Assembly: GCA_963710165.1 (NCBI GenBank)
Contig: CAVPYZ010000005.1
Location: 153,447 to 217,446, forward strand
DNA: 64,000 bases
Direction of reading: 5' to 3'
Source: an uncultured Alphaproteobacteria bacterium
GTDB taxonomy: Bacteria; Pseudomonadota; Alphaproteobacteria; Micavibrionales; Micavibrionaceae
In this document: piece after piece, positions 9,323 to 19,026 of the stretch
Position numbering within the stretch: the first letter of the stretch is position 1
How the letters are laid out: every line of letters begins with the position of its first letter
Notes under the pieces: generated by a model
What the model was told of the DNA's origin: nothing
Databases searched by the model: none
What the model saw: the letters and a program-made list of their open reading frames with translations, nothing else
Position numbers and translations under genes: made by a program

Positions 9323-11038
9323 ATGACCATAGATAAACTGGCTTTCTTACGCCAAACTTTCATTCCTAACAATTTAGACGGGTTTCTGGTTCCACGTGCC
9401 GATAATTGGACGGGGGAGTTCATTTCGAAACGATCCGAAAGACTGGCATGGCTGTCCGGCTTCAGCGGTTCGGCAGGTATTGGCATTGTGCTAAATGATA
9501 AGGCCGTGGTTTTGACAGACGGGCGTTATACCCTGCAGGTCAAAGACCAGATTGACGGATCAATTTGGGATAGCGGTGATAGTACAAAAGTATCTTTTAC
9601 GGACTGGCTATCCGATAACGCAAAGGCGGGCGCTAGGATAGGGTTCGACCCTTTTCTACACAGCGTGAAAGAGATTGAGACAGCACAAGAAAAGCTTCAA
9701 AAGAAAAACATAACATTACAAGCTGTAACGGCTAATCCCATAGATGACCTTTGGGATACGCAGCCGGAAATGCCGATGGATGCGGTAACACTCTTTCCTG
9801 AAAATCTGGCGGGAAGATCATGTGCCCAGAAAATCTCAACCGTTACAGATATTTTAAAAAACGAAAACATTGACCAGTTTTTCTTTACGATGCCCGACTC
9901 TATCGCATGGCTTTTGAATATACGGGGGAATGATGTTGAGCATACACCTGTGCCGCTTTCATATGGCTTGCTTAAGCAGGACGGCACATTTGACTGGTTC
10001 ATTAATCCGTCGAAAGTTCCTGAAAACGTTACATCGCATTTGGGTGATAAGGTGCGCCTTCATAGTATAGATAGCATTGAAGAAGTTCTAAGCGAACTAG
10101 AGGGTACGACAGGTTTTGACCATAAACGCGGCGCATATTATTTCGTAAATAGTATTCCTGATCCAACAGATATGAAAGATCCGTGCATAGATCTGAAAGC
10201 CTGTAAAAACGATGCGGAGCAGGAAGCCATTCGCACCGCGCACATTCATGATGGTCAGGTCCTGATTGAGTTTCATAGGTGGCTAAAGGATAATCACAAA
10301 GCAAAGCTGGACGAATTAAAGATTGAAGCAAAGCTGCAGGAATTTCGTCAAAAGAATAAGGCTTTCATCTCTCCGTCTTTTGACACAATTTCGGGGTTTC
10401 AGGGAAACGGCGCGATCATTCATTACCGCGCAACTCCAAAGACGAGTAAAAAAATCAAAGGCGAGGGCCTGTTGCTGGTTGATAGCGGCGCACAATATAT
10501 GTGTGAGGAATATGCAGGAACAACGGATGTTACCCGCACCTACATTATTGGGACGGCTGATAATGAAACAAAATTCCATTATACAACAGTCCTGCGCGCG
10601 CACATCGCCATTGCAAAAGCGCGTTTTCCTTACGGTGCGACTGGCATACAAATCGATGCCATCGCCAGATCTATTCTATGGCAGGAAGGCTTAGACTTCG
10701 CCCATGGTCTCGGGCACGGCGTCGGCTGTTTTCTGAATGTTCACGAAGAGGCATCAAATCTATCCCCGCGCGGCGAGGACAAGTTAGAGCCGGGCATGTT
10801 GTTATCCAATGAACCCGGCTTATATCTGGAAGATAAATACGGCATCCGCATTGAAAACTTGATGCTTGTTCAAAAAACAGGTGATCAGGATGTGTTAGGG
10901 CGCGATATTTTGTGTTTCGAAACCGTAACGCTTGCGCCCTATGATAATGACGCGATTGATTTCAATCTTCTGAATGGTGAAGAGATGAAATGGTTGCAGG
11001 ATTATTATTCACAGATTGAAGAAAAACTGAAAATCTAA
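9323..11038 (+). CDS. Xaa-Pro aminopeptidase (M24B family)
   Basis: It has a creatinase/prolidase N-domain plus a pita-bread C-domain, with HGLGHGVGCFLNVHE and NEPGLY. The ATG at 9323 is preferred over 9272. Confidence 0.85.
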   Translation: MTIDKLAFLRQTFIPNNLDGFLVPRADNWTGEFISKRSERLAWLSGFSGSAGIGIVLNDKAVVLTDGRYTLQVKDQIDGSIWDSGDSTKVSFTDWLSDNAKAGARIGFDPFLHSVKEIETAQEKLQKKNITLQAVTANPIDDLWDTQPEMPMDAVTLFPENLAGRSCAQKISTVTDILKNENIDQFFFTMPDSIAWLLNIRGNDVEHTPVPLSYGLLKQDGTFDWFINPSKVPENVTSHLGDKVRLHSIDSIEEVLSELEGTTGFDHKRGAYYFVNSIPDPTDMKDPCIDLKACKNDAEQEAIRTAHIHDGQVLIEFHRWLKDNHKAKLDELKIEAKLQEFRQKNKAFISPSFDTISGFQGNGAIIHYRATPKTSKKIKGEGLLLVDSGAQYMCEEYAGTTDVTRTYIIGTADNETKFHYTTVLRAHIAIAKARFPYGATGIQIDAIARSILWQEGLDFAHGLGHGVGCFLNVHEEASNLSPRGEDKLEPGMLLSNEPGLYLEDKYGIRIENLMLVQKTGDQDVLGRDILCFETVTLAPYDNDAIDFNLLNGEEMKWLQDYYSQIEEKLKI

Positions 11039-11042
11039 TACG

Positions 11043-11124
11043 CGTCATTGCAAGCGTAGCGCGGCAATCAATAGTATTAGTCATTGCTTGTGAAGTGGAT
11101 TGCTTCACTACGTTCGCAATGACG
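11043..11124. repeat. 82-nt imperfect palindromic element carrying three GTCATTGC cores
   Basis: The left arm CGTCATTGCAAGCGTAGCGCGGCAATC (11043-11069) pairs with the reverse complement of the right arm (11098-11124, CGTCATTGCGAACGTAGTGAAGCAATC) at 20 of 27 positions. A third GTCATTGC sits at 11080-11087. Confidence 0.6.
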
Positions 11125-11146
11125 TAACCAATTTTCCGCCCCGCCA

Positions 11147-11173
11147 TTAAAAAACCGCCCAAAACAGGCGGTT
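11147..11173 (-). terminator. rho-independent terminator downstream of rpsU
   Basis: On the minus strand it reads AACCGCC-TGTTTTG-GGCGGTT followed by TTTTTT. Confidence 0.75.
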
Positions 11174-11211
11174 ATTCAGTATATCGTTAGTATGCTTTTT
11201 GCGGTCAGGAT

Positions 11212-11427
11212 CTAAAATCCGTCTGCTTGCATACGTTTGCGGTCCATTTTGCGCGTACGACGAATTGCTTCTGCCTTTTGGCGCGCTTTCTTGACGAAGT
11301 TCTTTTCATGGTTCTGACGAAGCTTCATCTCACGGAACAGTCCTTCACGCTGCATCTTCTTTTTCAGAAGACGTAAAGCCTGTTCTATGTTATTATCACG
11401 AACATTTACACTAACGATTTTAATCAC
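11212..11427 (-). CDS. rpsU: 30S ribosomal protein S21
   Basis: 71 aa, basic, with [21 protein letters not shown], typical of S21. Confidence 0.93.
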   Translation of the reverse strand: MIKIVSVNVRDNNIEQALRLLKKKMQREGLFREMKLRQNHEKNFVKKARQKAEAIRRTRKMDRKRMQADGF

Positions 11428-11526
11428 CTCTTTCCGGTTTTATCTAAAATTAAAAATTTCATCTTGCGCTCCTTAACGAAACGTCTCATGTTTGTGACTT
11501 ATCAGGTCACTAAACGCAAGCAAAAA

Positions 11527-13341
11527 ATGAAGTTAAGCATCTATCTTACAGTATTTCTCATAATCTTACAAGCTGCGGGTTCCGCCGCATATGCGCAAAG
11601 TAAGGTTTTGAATATTCCTTCTTCGCAGGAAACGGCCCCTAGTATCAACGATATAGAAAACTTTGTTGAAAAAGCATCTCCCGAAGCTGATACGGGATTT
11701 CGCATTACAGGCGCGCAGCGCGCAGATAATTTTATGATGGTTACCGCGAATCCTATCGCAACACAAGCGGGGCACGACATTTTAGCACGGGGCGGGTCGG
11801 CAGCTGACGCCGCTTTTGCCGCTCAACTCGTCCTTGGTCTGGTTGAGCCGCAATCATCGGGTCTTGGCGGCGGGGCTTTTGCCCTATATTGGGATGCCAA
11901 AGAACAAAAATTGACCAGTTATGACGGACGAGAAACCGCGCCGGCATCTGTGACAGAAACAATTTTTCTAAAAAACGGCCGGCCGATGGACTTTCATGAC
12001 GCTGCCACGGGGGGCCGCGCTGTCGGCGTTCCGGGATTGCCAAAGCTTTTGGATTTACTCTATGAAAATCATGGCACTATTCCCCGCGATGATGTCTTTC
12101 AGCCAGCCTTCGAACTCTCCAAATACGGCTTTATCGCATCACCCCGCCTTAACAAAATGATCGAGAAGAATAAAGATCATTTCAGATTTTTCAAAAGTTC
12201 GAAAGATTACTTTTTGCCCAATAATGGTAAGGCAATAGAGGCAAATCAGAATATCCAGAATTCCGATTACAACGATGTATTATTCAACTTCCGCAATAAA
12301 AGCGCAGATATATTTTATAGTGGGGACGTTGCGCAGGATATTATCAAAACAGTCAATGAAGCGTGGCACAATCCGGGGAATATGACGACAGATGACTTTT
12401 TAGGATATGAAGTCGTGATGCGTGATCCGGTGTGCGGCAAATATCGCATCTATAAAATATGTTCCATGGGGGAACCATCATCTGGCGGATTAACCCTTAT
12501 CCAGTCCTTACAAATGCTGGATAGATTTGATCTTGAAACAATGTCTGCAAAAGACCCGCTAGCTTGGCACTTAATCGCCGAGGCAAGCCGTCTGGCATTT
12601 GCCGACCGTAATCAATATATGGCTGATCCCGGTATTGTCGAAACACCGGGCGCAGCCTTGATTGACCCGGCCTACACGGCTGTACGCTCAACCTTTATTC
12701 AAGCTGATAAAATGATGGAGAATGTGCAAGCAGGTGTGCCATTTGCATGGGATATGAACCAGACTGAACCGGATCAGAAAAACAAAAATACAGGCACAAC
12801 CCATATCTCGGCGATAGATAAGTACGGTAATGCCATATCGCTGACCAGTTCAATCGAAAACGCCTTTGGGTCAAAATTGATGGTTGACGGATTTTTACTG
12901 AATAATCAACTGACCGATTTCTCTTTTATGCCGGAACGTGATGGCAAGAAAATCGCCAACCGCGCCGCGCCGAATAAACGCCCGCGCTCCTCTATGTCTC
13001 CTGTGATTATATTTGATGCGGAGAATAAACCGGTTATGGTGCTCGGCTCTGCGGGGGGCAGTCGAATTATCGGTTATGTTCTGCAACGTATTATCGCCGT
13101 TCTGGATTGGGATATGCCGCTAGATCAAGCGCTTGCCATGCCAAATATTATCCATCGTGGCGGCAGTCTGGAGATAGAGGAGGGCAAAGACCTGCCGTTT
13201 AATATTGAGGCGCTGGATGCCTATGGTCACGATATTACACGTCCCGAAATGAATAGTGGTTTGACCGCGATTTATAAGACAGGCGACACATATTACGGCG
13301 CCGCAGATCCGCGCCGCGAAGGAATTGCGCTAGGAGAATAA
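11527..13341 (+). CDS. ggt: gamma-glutamyltransferase
   Basis: The ATG at 11527 gives signal peptide MKLSIYLTVFLIILQAAGSAAYAQ. It has the autoprocessing/nucleophile motif TGTTHISAID and also GSAGGSRII. Confidence 0.9.
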   Translation: MKLSIYLTVFLIILQAAGSAAYAQSKVLNIPSSQETAPSINDIENFVEKASPEADTGFRITGAQRADNFMMVTANPIATQAGHDILARGGSAADAAFAAQLVLGLVEPQSSGLGGGAFALYWDAKEQKLTSYDGRETAPASVTETIFLKNGRPMDFHDAATGGRAVGVPGLPKLLDLLYENHGTIPRDDVFQPAFELSKYGFIASPRLNKMIEKNKDHFRFFKSSKDYFLPNNGKAIEANQNIQNSDYNDVLFNFRNKSADIFYSGDVAQDIIKTVNEAWHNPGNMTTDDFLGYEVVMRDPVCGKYRIYKICSMGEPSSGGLTLIQSLQMLDRFDLETMSAKDPLAWHLIAEASRLAFADRNQYMADPGIVETPGAALIDPAYTAVRSTFIQADKMMENVQAGVPFAWDMNQTEPDQKNKNTGTTHISAIDKYGNAISLTSSIENAFGSKLMVDGFLLNNQLTDFSFMPERDGKKIANRAAPNKRPRSSMSPVIIFDAENKPVMVLGSAGGSRIIGYVLQRIIAVLDWDMPLDQALAMPNIIHRGGSLEIEEGKDLPFNIEALDAYGHDITRPEMNSGLTAIYKTGDTYYGAADPRREGIALGE

Positions 13342-13353
13342 GGCACAATAAAA

Positions 13354-13380
13354 AATCCCCCGACCGAGATCGAGGGGATT
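13354..13380. terminator. hairpin between convergent ggt and the 175-aa gene; good T-run on the minus strand only
   Basis: The hairpin is AATCCCC(CGA)...(TCGA)GGGGATT. The minus strand continues with TTTTTT, the plus strand with CTTTG. Confidence 0.65.
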
Positions 13381-13411
13381 CTTTGTACTTAACCTAAGGA
13401 AAGAAATTTGT

Positions 13412-13939
13412 TTAGTGCATTGATTTACTGCCGGCAACGTCCGATGTGAAATCATTTGGCGCCCATTGCAGATCGAGAGAATTCCCGAAATCAATACTGT
13501 CTGATGTAATGGTCATCATGCTGTCCGATTCGCCGTCAACGTGTGAGTCCGGATTTTCCATGATGTCTTTAAGGGCAATCGGCTGAGGAGAGTTTTCAAC
13601 TTCCTGCACTTTTTTCTCAAGACGATTAATCGCGTCGCTAAAGAAGCCTGTTTGCTTGTCAACGCGCTCAACACTTCCTTGCAATGTATCAAGGCTCTCG
13701 CTAAAGCGACCTGTTTGCCCCTCGACCATTGTGACTTTTTCATCCAGTCTGTGAATTGACTCGCTGAAAAAGCTGGTTTGTCTGGTCACAAGATCCAGAC
13801 CTTCCTTTAAACGTGCCAGACCCGAACGTAAACGTTCATACCCGACGGATAATAAAATACTGGCGCCAATCGCGGTCACCGCCGCAAATACCGCAAAGGT
13901 CAAAGAGACCAACATAAATGTTTCAACTGTTATACTCAT
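13412..13939 (-). CDS. membrane-anchored protein with three 21-aa repeats, function unknown
   Basis: The ATG at 13939 (MSITVETF...) gives one N-terminal TM helix. Three tandem 21-aa units follow: VTRQTSFFSESIHRLDEKVTM, VEGQTGRFSESLDTLQGSVER and VDKQTGFFSDAINRLEKKVQE. Confidence 0.6.
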   Translation of the reverse strand: MSITVETFMLVSLTFAVFAAVTAIGASILLSVGYERLRSGLARLKEGLDLVTRQTSFFSESIHRLDEKVTMVEGQTGRFSESLDTLQGSVERVDKQTGFFSDAINRLEKKVQEVENSPQPIALKDIMENPDSHVDGESDSMMTITSDSIDFGNSLDLQWAPNDFTSDVAGSKSMH

Positions 13940-14285
13940 GGATACCACCCTTTTTTCTGAATTAAAAACTACATCCCGCAATCGCTATTCTGCAATGCTG
14001 ATATTATTATGTTAATTAAAAAAGGTTAATGGCTGTTAACTTTTGCGTAAGAAGCATTTGAAATTAAATCGAAATTTAGTTCAAATTTTATAGACCGCAA
14101 TCATGTGCGCCGCACAGCCGAGATGTTCAAACAAACAGAACGACCATATAAAGCGCAAGGCAAGATGCCTGTACCAGTTGAGAGAGTTTCATAATGTGTA
14201 GAATCAATTAGATGTGTTAATATTATGATAAAAGACCTACATCTTTTTTCAAGAGGGTTCCGCATCGATTGCTGAAATAACTTGC

Positions 14286-14498
14286 CTAATGACGTGGTTT
14301 ATTTTTACGCTTGACCAGCGCCTCGCCTTCACCTGCGCCCAGACGGTAATTCGGAAAGAACAGCCCGACCATGGTTTGACGCCGAAAAACGGCAATACCT
14401 TGCGCACGGCGTTCCTCACATTCGCGCAGATACTTTGAAAAGTTGGTCTTAAAATCGTGGATGGACGCCTCTATAATCGGTGACTCGTCAAATGGCAT
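14286..14498 (-). CDS. Phd/YefM-like antitoxin-type small protein with no adjacent toxin
   Basis: The ATG at 14498 is preceded by AAAGGA. IEASIHDFKTNFSKYLRECEE...IAVFRRQTMVGLFFP follows the Phd/YefM N-terminal pattern. Confidence 0.5.
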   Translation of the reverse strand: MPFDESPIIEASIHDFKTNFSKYLRECEERRAQGIAVFRRQTMVGLFFPNYRLGAGEGEALVKRKNKPRH

Positions 14499-14650
14499 AT
14501 TATTCCTTTCTGTTTGGGGGGTAAGGGCAGGACGGGGCAAGTCAACTAAGGTCACTTTACATATAAGTTATTGATTTCAAACAAAAACCGCGAACTAAGG
14601 TCAGTTCAAAATGGTTTCAAAGTAAACTAACTTCCCCGCTCCACGCCCAT

Positions 14651-14674
14651 AAAAAAACGCCCGTCATGCGGGCG
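14651..14674 (-). terminator. rho-independent terminator after the zeta-like ATPase / 60-aa ORF pair
   Basis: On the minus strand it reads CGCCCG-CATGA-CGGGCG followed by TTTTTTT. Confidence 0.8.
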
Positions 14675-14708
14675 CGTTTGTGGTGTTTATGAAAGTGAGT
14701 ATAACATA

Positions 14709-14891
14709 TTATGACGCAGATTTCAGCCTTTTTCGCATTTCGGCGGGGCTGATATGTTTAATTTCCCCGTCCTCTTTAATAACAAGAGAGGTTTTGAAGC
14801 GCTCCGCTTTTTCAATAGCAATATAAATCGCCCCTGCGAGGGGGTTTTTAATTTTTGTCGCTGTTTTCTTTATCTTTGCGTTTTTTAGCAT
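14709..14891 (-). CDS. 60-aa ORF overlapping the 3' end of the zeta-like ATPase gene; possible cognate partner
   Basis: Its ATG lies 44 nt inside the upstream gene and a strong terminator follows 35 nt after its stop. The segment LVIKEDGEIKHISPAEM resembles small partners I recall next to this ATPase family (unverified). Confidence 0.4.
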   Translation of the reverse strand: MLKNAKIKKTATKIKNPLAGAIYIAIEKAERFKTSLVIKEDGEIKHISPAEMRKRLKSAS

Positions 14892-15483
14892 TCTCTAACA
14901 ATTCCAGAAAGTTTTTATATTTATGTTCATCGGCTTTACCAAAAACACTACCATCAGTCTCAGTTTTCAGTATAGCAAAGTGATCTTCAAATTCATTACT
15001 CAAATCATATAGGTATAATTTATCACATAATAGAATATATTTCTCCTGTAAAAGATAAATACTTCGCCAGTATCTGCGAATAACATCACTCGTGGGAATA
15101 TGATGCCCACCTTCTTTCACGCGGTTCTTAATGCGTTGGATATTAATTTTAGGGTCATTAGTAAGCAAATAATGCATCTCTATTTTATAATTGTTTGATC
15201 GTGCTTTCTTAATAGTGTTGGAAAGTGTGATGCCTGACAAGGTAGTTTCAATTGCGAAGCTTTCAGATTTTTTAATTAAAGAATTCATACGCTTGATCAT
15301 TAATTTACCCGCAGAGACACGCTGATCTCGCGGGTTAAAAGGTGATAAACCACGCGCAATCTCATCCGCATTCACAAACTCTTTAATCTTATGACGCGGC
15401 AAAAGATATTCCGCCGCCGTCGTCTTCCCGCACCCGTTCGCACCAGCGAAGATAATAAGATGAGGTGGTTTGTTAGGGTTCAT
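14848..15483 (-). CDS. zeta-toxin-like P-loop ATPase/kinase (COG4185-type)
   Basis: 211 aa with Walker A GANGCGKTT, FVNADEIARGLSPFNP, ETTLSG and GGHHIPTSDVIRRY. The gene is AT-rich. Confidence 0.75.
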   Translation of the reverse strand: MNPNKPPHLIIFAGANGCGKTTAAEYLLPRHKIKEFVNADEIARGLSPFNPRDQRVSAGKLMIKRMNSLIKKSESFAIETTLSGITLSNTIKKARSNNYKIEMHYLLTNDPKINIQRIKNRVKEGGHHIPTSDVIRRYWRSIYLLQEKYILLCDKLYLYDLSNEFEDHFAILKTETDGSVFGKADEHKYKNFLELLENAKKRKDKENSDKN

Positions 15484-15673
15484 AGCAAAAGTATAAATTA
15501 CGGGATGGTTTTTTAAAATAGTAAACCCTTATTATGCGGGTTATGTGCACTTTATAAAACAGTATATGGAAAATTACACCTATAAGTAGAAAAACAGAAA
15601 ATAGTATAGACAACCCATAATAAAAGTGTTTCTTTGTTTTCTATGAAAAACTAAAAAAATTAAGGGAAAGTTT

Positions 15674-16069
15674 ATGTATAAAATAATATTAGTATTACCG
15701 CTCATTTTGTTATCTGGATGTGCGACAATAGTAGAAGGAAAGTCTCAGACTGTATCAGTTAGTACTGAACCTGCAGATGCTATTTGCACTCTACAAAGTC
15801 CTGCTATTGGTACAATGTCAGTAAAAACACCTGATACAATCACGTTGACTAAAAGCAAGCACGATATTGCTATTCAATGTAAAAAAGAATGTTATGAAGA
15901 TGTTACAGGTATTTTACCTTCAAGTTTTGAGGGAATGACATTTGGAAACATTCTATTTGGCGGGGTGATTGGCGTCGCTGTGGATGCAAGCACAGGAGCA
16001 ATGAATAACTACGAGCCAAGTATTTCAATACCTCTGACGAAATTGCCTAATTGCACGCCTGCAGCTTAA
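15674..16069 (+). CDS. small lipoprotein, function unknown
   Basis: The signal peptide has lipobox LLSGC. The C-terminal part is Gly-rich (GNILFGGVIGVAVDASTGAMNNY). The gene is AT-rich. Confidence 0.65.
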   Translation: MYKIILVLPLILLSGCATIVEGKSQTVSVSTEPADAICTLQSPAIGTMSVKTPDTITLTKSKHDIAIQCKKECYEDVTGILPSSFEGMTFGNILFGGVIGVAVDASTGAMNNYEPSISIPLTKLPNCTPAA

Positions 16070-18214
16070 TCACTTCTTCCTCCGCCCCTTTGTCTTGACA
16101 TTACTCGTCTGTGACCATCCTTTTGCGAGGCGGGGGGAGGTGGTGGTTCCGGTGAGGCCTAAATCCATGGCTTCTAGTTTGCGGACTTCGTCGCGGAGGC
16201 GGGCGGCGGTTTCGAATTCCAGATCGGCGGCGGCGTCGCGCATTTGTTTCTCCATTGCCTTGATCTGTTTTTGCAGGGCTTCGGGGCTGTTGAAATCTTG
16301 CTCCGCCCCATCGCCAAAGCCGCGGCTGACTTGTACGCGGTCGCTTTTCTCAAACACGGTATTAAGCAGGTCGGAAATGTTCTTCTTGATACTGGCGGGG
16401 GTGATGCCGTGTTTTTCGTTATATTCCACCTGTCGTTCACGGCGGCGGTCGGTCTCGGCAATGGCGCGCTCCATTGATCCTGTCATTTTATCGGCATAGA
16501 GAATGGCTTTACCGCCAACATTCCGCGCGGCGCGTCCGATGGTCTGGATCAAGGATGTCTGGGAGCGGAGGAAGCCCTCCTTATCCGCGTCCAAAATCGC
16601 GACAAGCTGACATTCGGGAATGTCCAAGCCCTCACGCAGCAGGTTAATACCGACCAGCACATCAAACGTACCAAGGCGCAAATCGCGGATAATCTCTATA
16701 CGTTCCAGCGTGTCGACATCACTATGCAGATAGCGCACTTTAATGCCGTTTTCGGTGAGGTATTCGGTCAGTGCCTCCGACATTTTCTTGGTCAGGGTGG
16801 TGACCAGAACGCGGCCGCCCTTTGCGGTCAGCTCTTTAATCTCACCCATCAGATCATCGACCTGATGCTGGGTCGGGCGAATTTCAACGGGCGGATCGAT
16901 CAGCCCCGTGGGGCGCACGACTTGTTCGGTGAACACGCCCTTGGTCTGTTCCAGCTCCCACGGACCGGGGGTGGCGGACACAAAGACGGATTGCGGGCGC
17001 ATGCCGTCCCATTCCTCGAACTTCATCGGGCGGTTATCCAATGCGGCAGGCAGGCGGAAGCCATATTCAACCAGCGTCATTTTGCGTGATCTGTCACCGT
17101 TATACATGCCGTTAATTTGCGGCACCATCACATGGCTTTCATCCAGAATAAGCAGGGCATTATCAGGTAGATATTCAAACAGGGTCGGCGGCGGCGCGCC
17201 CGGTGTGCGACCGGTCAGATAGCGGGAATAGTTTTCAATGCCGTTACACGTGCCGGTGGCAAGGATCATCTCTATATCAAACTGGGTGCGTTCGCGCAGG
17301 CGTTGCGCTTCAAGCAGTTTGCCCTCTTTCTCGAAATGCTCCAGACGTTCTTTCAGGTCGATTTTAATCTGTTTAACCGCCTGCTGTAGCGTGGGGCCAG
17401 GGGTGATATAGTGGGAATTGGCGTAGATGCGAACGGCCTCCAGATCTTCAAACTTTTCACCTGTCAGCGGGTCAAATTCAACGATTTTCTCCAGATCATC
17501 GCCGAACATATCAAAACGCCATGCGCGATCTTCAAAGTGGGCAGGAAAGAGCTCGATTGTATCACCACGCACGCGAAACGACCCGCGTTCAAACGACATA
17601 TCATTACGGCGATATTGCAGTTCAATGAACTGTTTGATCATCATATCGCGGTTGATGACATCGCCGACTTTTAACTGGACAGTCATGGCTTCATAATCCT
17701 GACGGCTACCTAGGCCGTAAATGCAGGATACAGAGGCGACAACAATCGCGTCCTTACGTTCTAATAGTGCCCGTGTCGCGGAGTGGCGCATACGGTCGAT
17801 TTGTTCGTTTATACTGGAATCTTTTTCGATATAGGTGTCGGAACGCGCGACATAGGCTTCGGGTTGGTAATAATCATAGTAAGAGACAAAATATTCCACG
17901 GCGTTTTCGGGAAAGAACGCTTTCATCTCCCCATATAATTGCGCGGCAAGGGTTTTGTTGGGTGCCATAATCAGGGTCGGACGCTGGGTCTGCTGAATGA
18001 CGTGCGCCATGGTAAAGGTCTTACCAGAGCCCGTCACACCCAGCAAAACCTGATCTTTCTCGCCCTTTGCAAGCGCGGCGGCGATTTCCTTAATAGCGGT
18101 CGGCTGATCACCCGTCGGTTCAAAATCGGATTCGATTTTCAGCTTTGGGGAGTTCGGATCGAGATTACTTTCGAACTTCGGGTCTATAACATGTGCGGAT
18201 TCAGTTGTGGGCAT
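16070..18214 (-). CDS. uvrB: excinuclease ABC subunit B
   Basis: 714 aa with [10 protein letters not shown] Walker A, helicase motifs and a C-terminal UVR domain ([16 protein letters not shown]). Confidence 0.98.
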   Translation of the reverse strand: MPTTESAHVIDPKFESNLDPNSPKLKIESDFEPTGDQPTAIKEIAAALAKGEKDQVLLGVTGSGKTFTMAHVIQQTQRPTLIMAPNKTLAAQLYGEMKAFFPENAVEYFVSYYDYYQPEAYVARSDTYIEKDSSINEQIDRMRHSATRALLERKDAIVVASVSCIYGLGSRQDYEAMTVQLKVGDVINRDMMIKQFIELQYRRNDMSFERGSFRVRGDTIELFPAHFEDRAWRFDMFGDDLEKIVEFDPLTGEKFEDLEAVRIYANSHYITPGPTLQQAVKQIKIDLKERLEHFEKEGKLLEAQRLRERTQFDIEMILATGTCNGIENYSRYLTGRTPGAPPPTLFEYLPDNALLILDESHVMVPQINGMYNGDRSRKMTLVEYGFRLPAALDNRPMKFEEWDGMRPQSVFVSATPGPWELEQTKGVFTEQVVRPTGLIDPPVEIRPTQHQVDDLMGEIKELTAKGGRVLVTTLTKKMSEALTEYLTENGIKVRYLHSDVDTLERIEIIRDLRLGTFDVLVGINLLREGLDIPECQLVAILDADKEGFLRSQTSLIQTIGRAARNVGGKAILYADKMTGSMERAIAETDRRRERQVEYNEKHGITPASIKKNISDLLNTVFEKSDRVQVSRGFGDGAEQDFNSPEALQKQIKAMEKQMRDAAADLEFETAARLRDEVRKLEAMDLGLTGTTTSPRLAKGWSQTSNVKTKGRRKK

Positions 18215-18263
18215 ACACTATGATATAGACACAAAATAAAATTTGTCACCGATTGTTATATTT

Positions 18264-18797
18264 TTACGCTTTCTCAACCTGAGAATATTCCAATTCCACT
18301 GGTGTTGCGCGACCGAAGATGGAGACGGAAACTTTTAGTTTTGCTTTATCTTCGTCAACTTCTTCGACGGTACCGTTAAATGATGCGAATGGTCCGTCAG
18401 TGACCTTGACCTCTTCACCGATTTCGTATGTGACGGATGGTTTCGGACGATCAACACCTTCTTGCACTTGCTGAAGAATCGCTTGCGCTTCTTTTTCTGA
18501 AATTGGCTGCGGCTTGTTATTTGCGCCCAAAAATCCGGTTACTTTCGGTGTGTTTTTAACCAGGTGCCAAATATCGTCCGTCATGTTGGCTTTCATCAGG
18601 ATATATCCCGGAAAGAATGTGCGCTGGGCCTTTTGACGCTGACCTTTTTTGACTTCCATAACTTCTTCTTTTGGAACCAAAATCTCTTCAATACGGTCAA
18701 TCAGTCCTTTTTTCTCGGCGGTCATACGAATTTGCTCGGCAACCTTTTCTTCGAAAGTTGAGTAAGCCTGAACAACATACCAGCGTGCGTTTGCCAT
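18264..18797 (-). CDS. nusG: transcription termination/antitermination factor NusG
   Basis: 177 aa with an NGN domain ([11 protein letters not shown]), a KOW motif and a C-terminal [16 protein letters not shown]. Confidence 0.97.
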   Translation of the reverse strand: MANARWYVVQAYSTFEEKVAEQIRMTAEKKGLIDRIEEILVPKEEVMEVKKGQRQKAQRTFFPGYILMKANMTDDIWHLVKNTPKVTGFLGANNKPQPISEKEAQAILQQVQEGVDRPKPSVTYEIGEEVKVTDGPFASFNGTVEEVDEDKAKLKVSVSIFGRATPVELEYSQVEKA

Positions 18798-18828
18798 GAA
18801 AATAATCCTTGTGTTTAGTGAGTTATAA

Positions 18829-19026
18829 TTAAGAGCCGATACCGAGAATTAAGCTGATGCCCCATGCAACAACCTGATCCGCGACATATAGAAAAATTGC
18901 GGCAAGTGTGACCATAATAAAGACAGCAATTGTCCCCTGTGTTGTTTCTTTACGTGAAGGCCATGTAACCTTTGCACCTTCATTTTTAACTTGTTGAATA
19001 AACGTTCCCGGTCCCGTTTTCGCCAT
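18829..19026 (-). CDS. secE: preprotein translocase subunit SecE
   Basis: It has a single C-terminal TM helix and [10 protein letters not shown], and sits immediately upstream of nusG. The ATG at 19026 is preferred. Confidence 0.9.
   Translation of the reverse strand: MAKTGPGTFIQQVKNEGAKVTWPSRKETTQGTIAVFIMVTLAAIFLYVADQVVAWGISLILGIGS

Noticed and set aside
10962-11162. The tracked 66-aa ORF spanning the palindromic element.
   Set aside because: It is the translation of the palindromic repeat and terminator (contains ...CRATLAMT...). It overlaps the 3' end of the aminopeptidase gene and has no independent coding signal.
14184-14211. A dif-like XerC/D site (GAGTTTCATAA-TGTGTA-GAATCAATTAG) near the AT-rich islet.
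   Set aside because: Only the CATAA plus the central hexamer resemble the dif consensus GGTGCGCATAA-TGTATA-TTATGTTAAAT. The XerD arm does not match.
18215-18263. Alphaproteobacterial SOS box (GTTC-N7-GTTC) upstream of uvrB.
   Set aside because: No GTTC or GAAC direct repeat is present in the 49-nt nusG-uvrB spacer.
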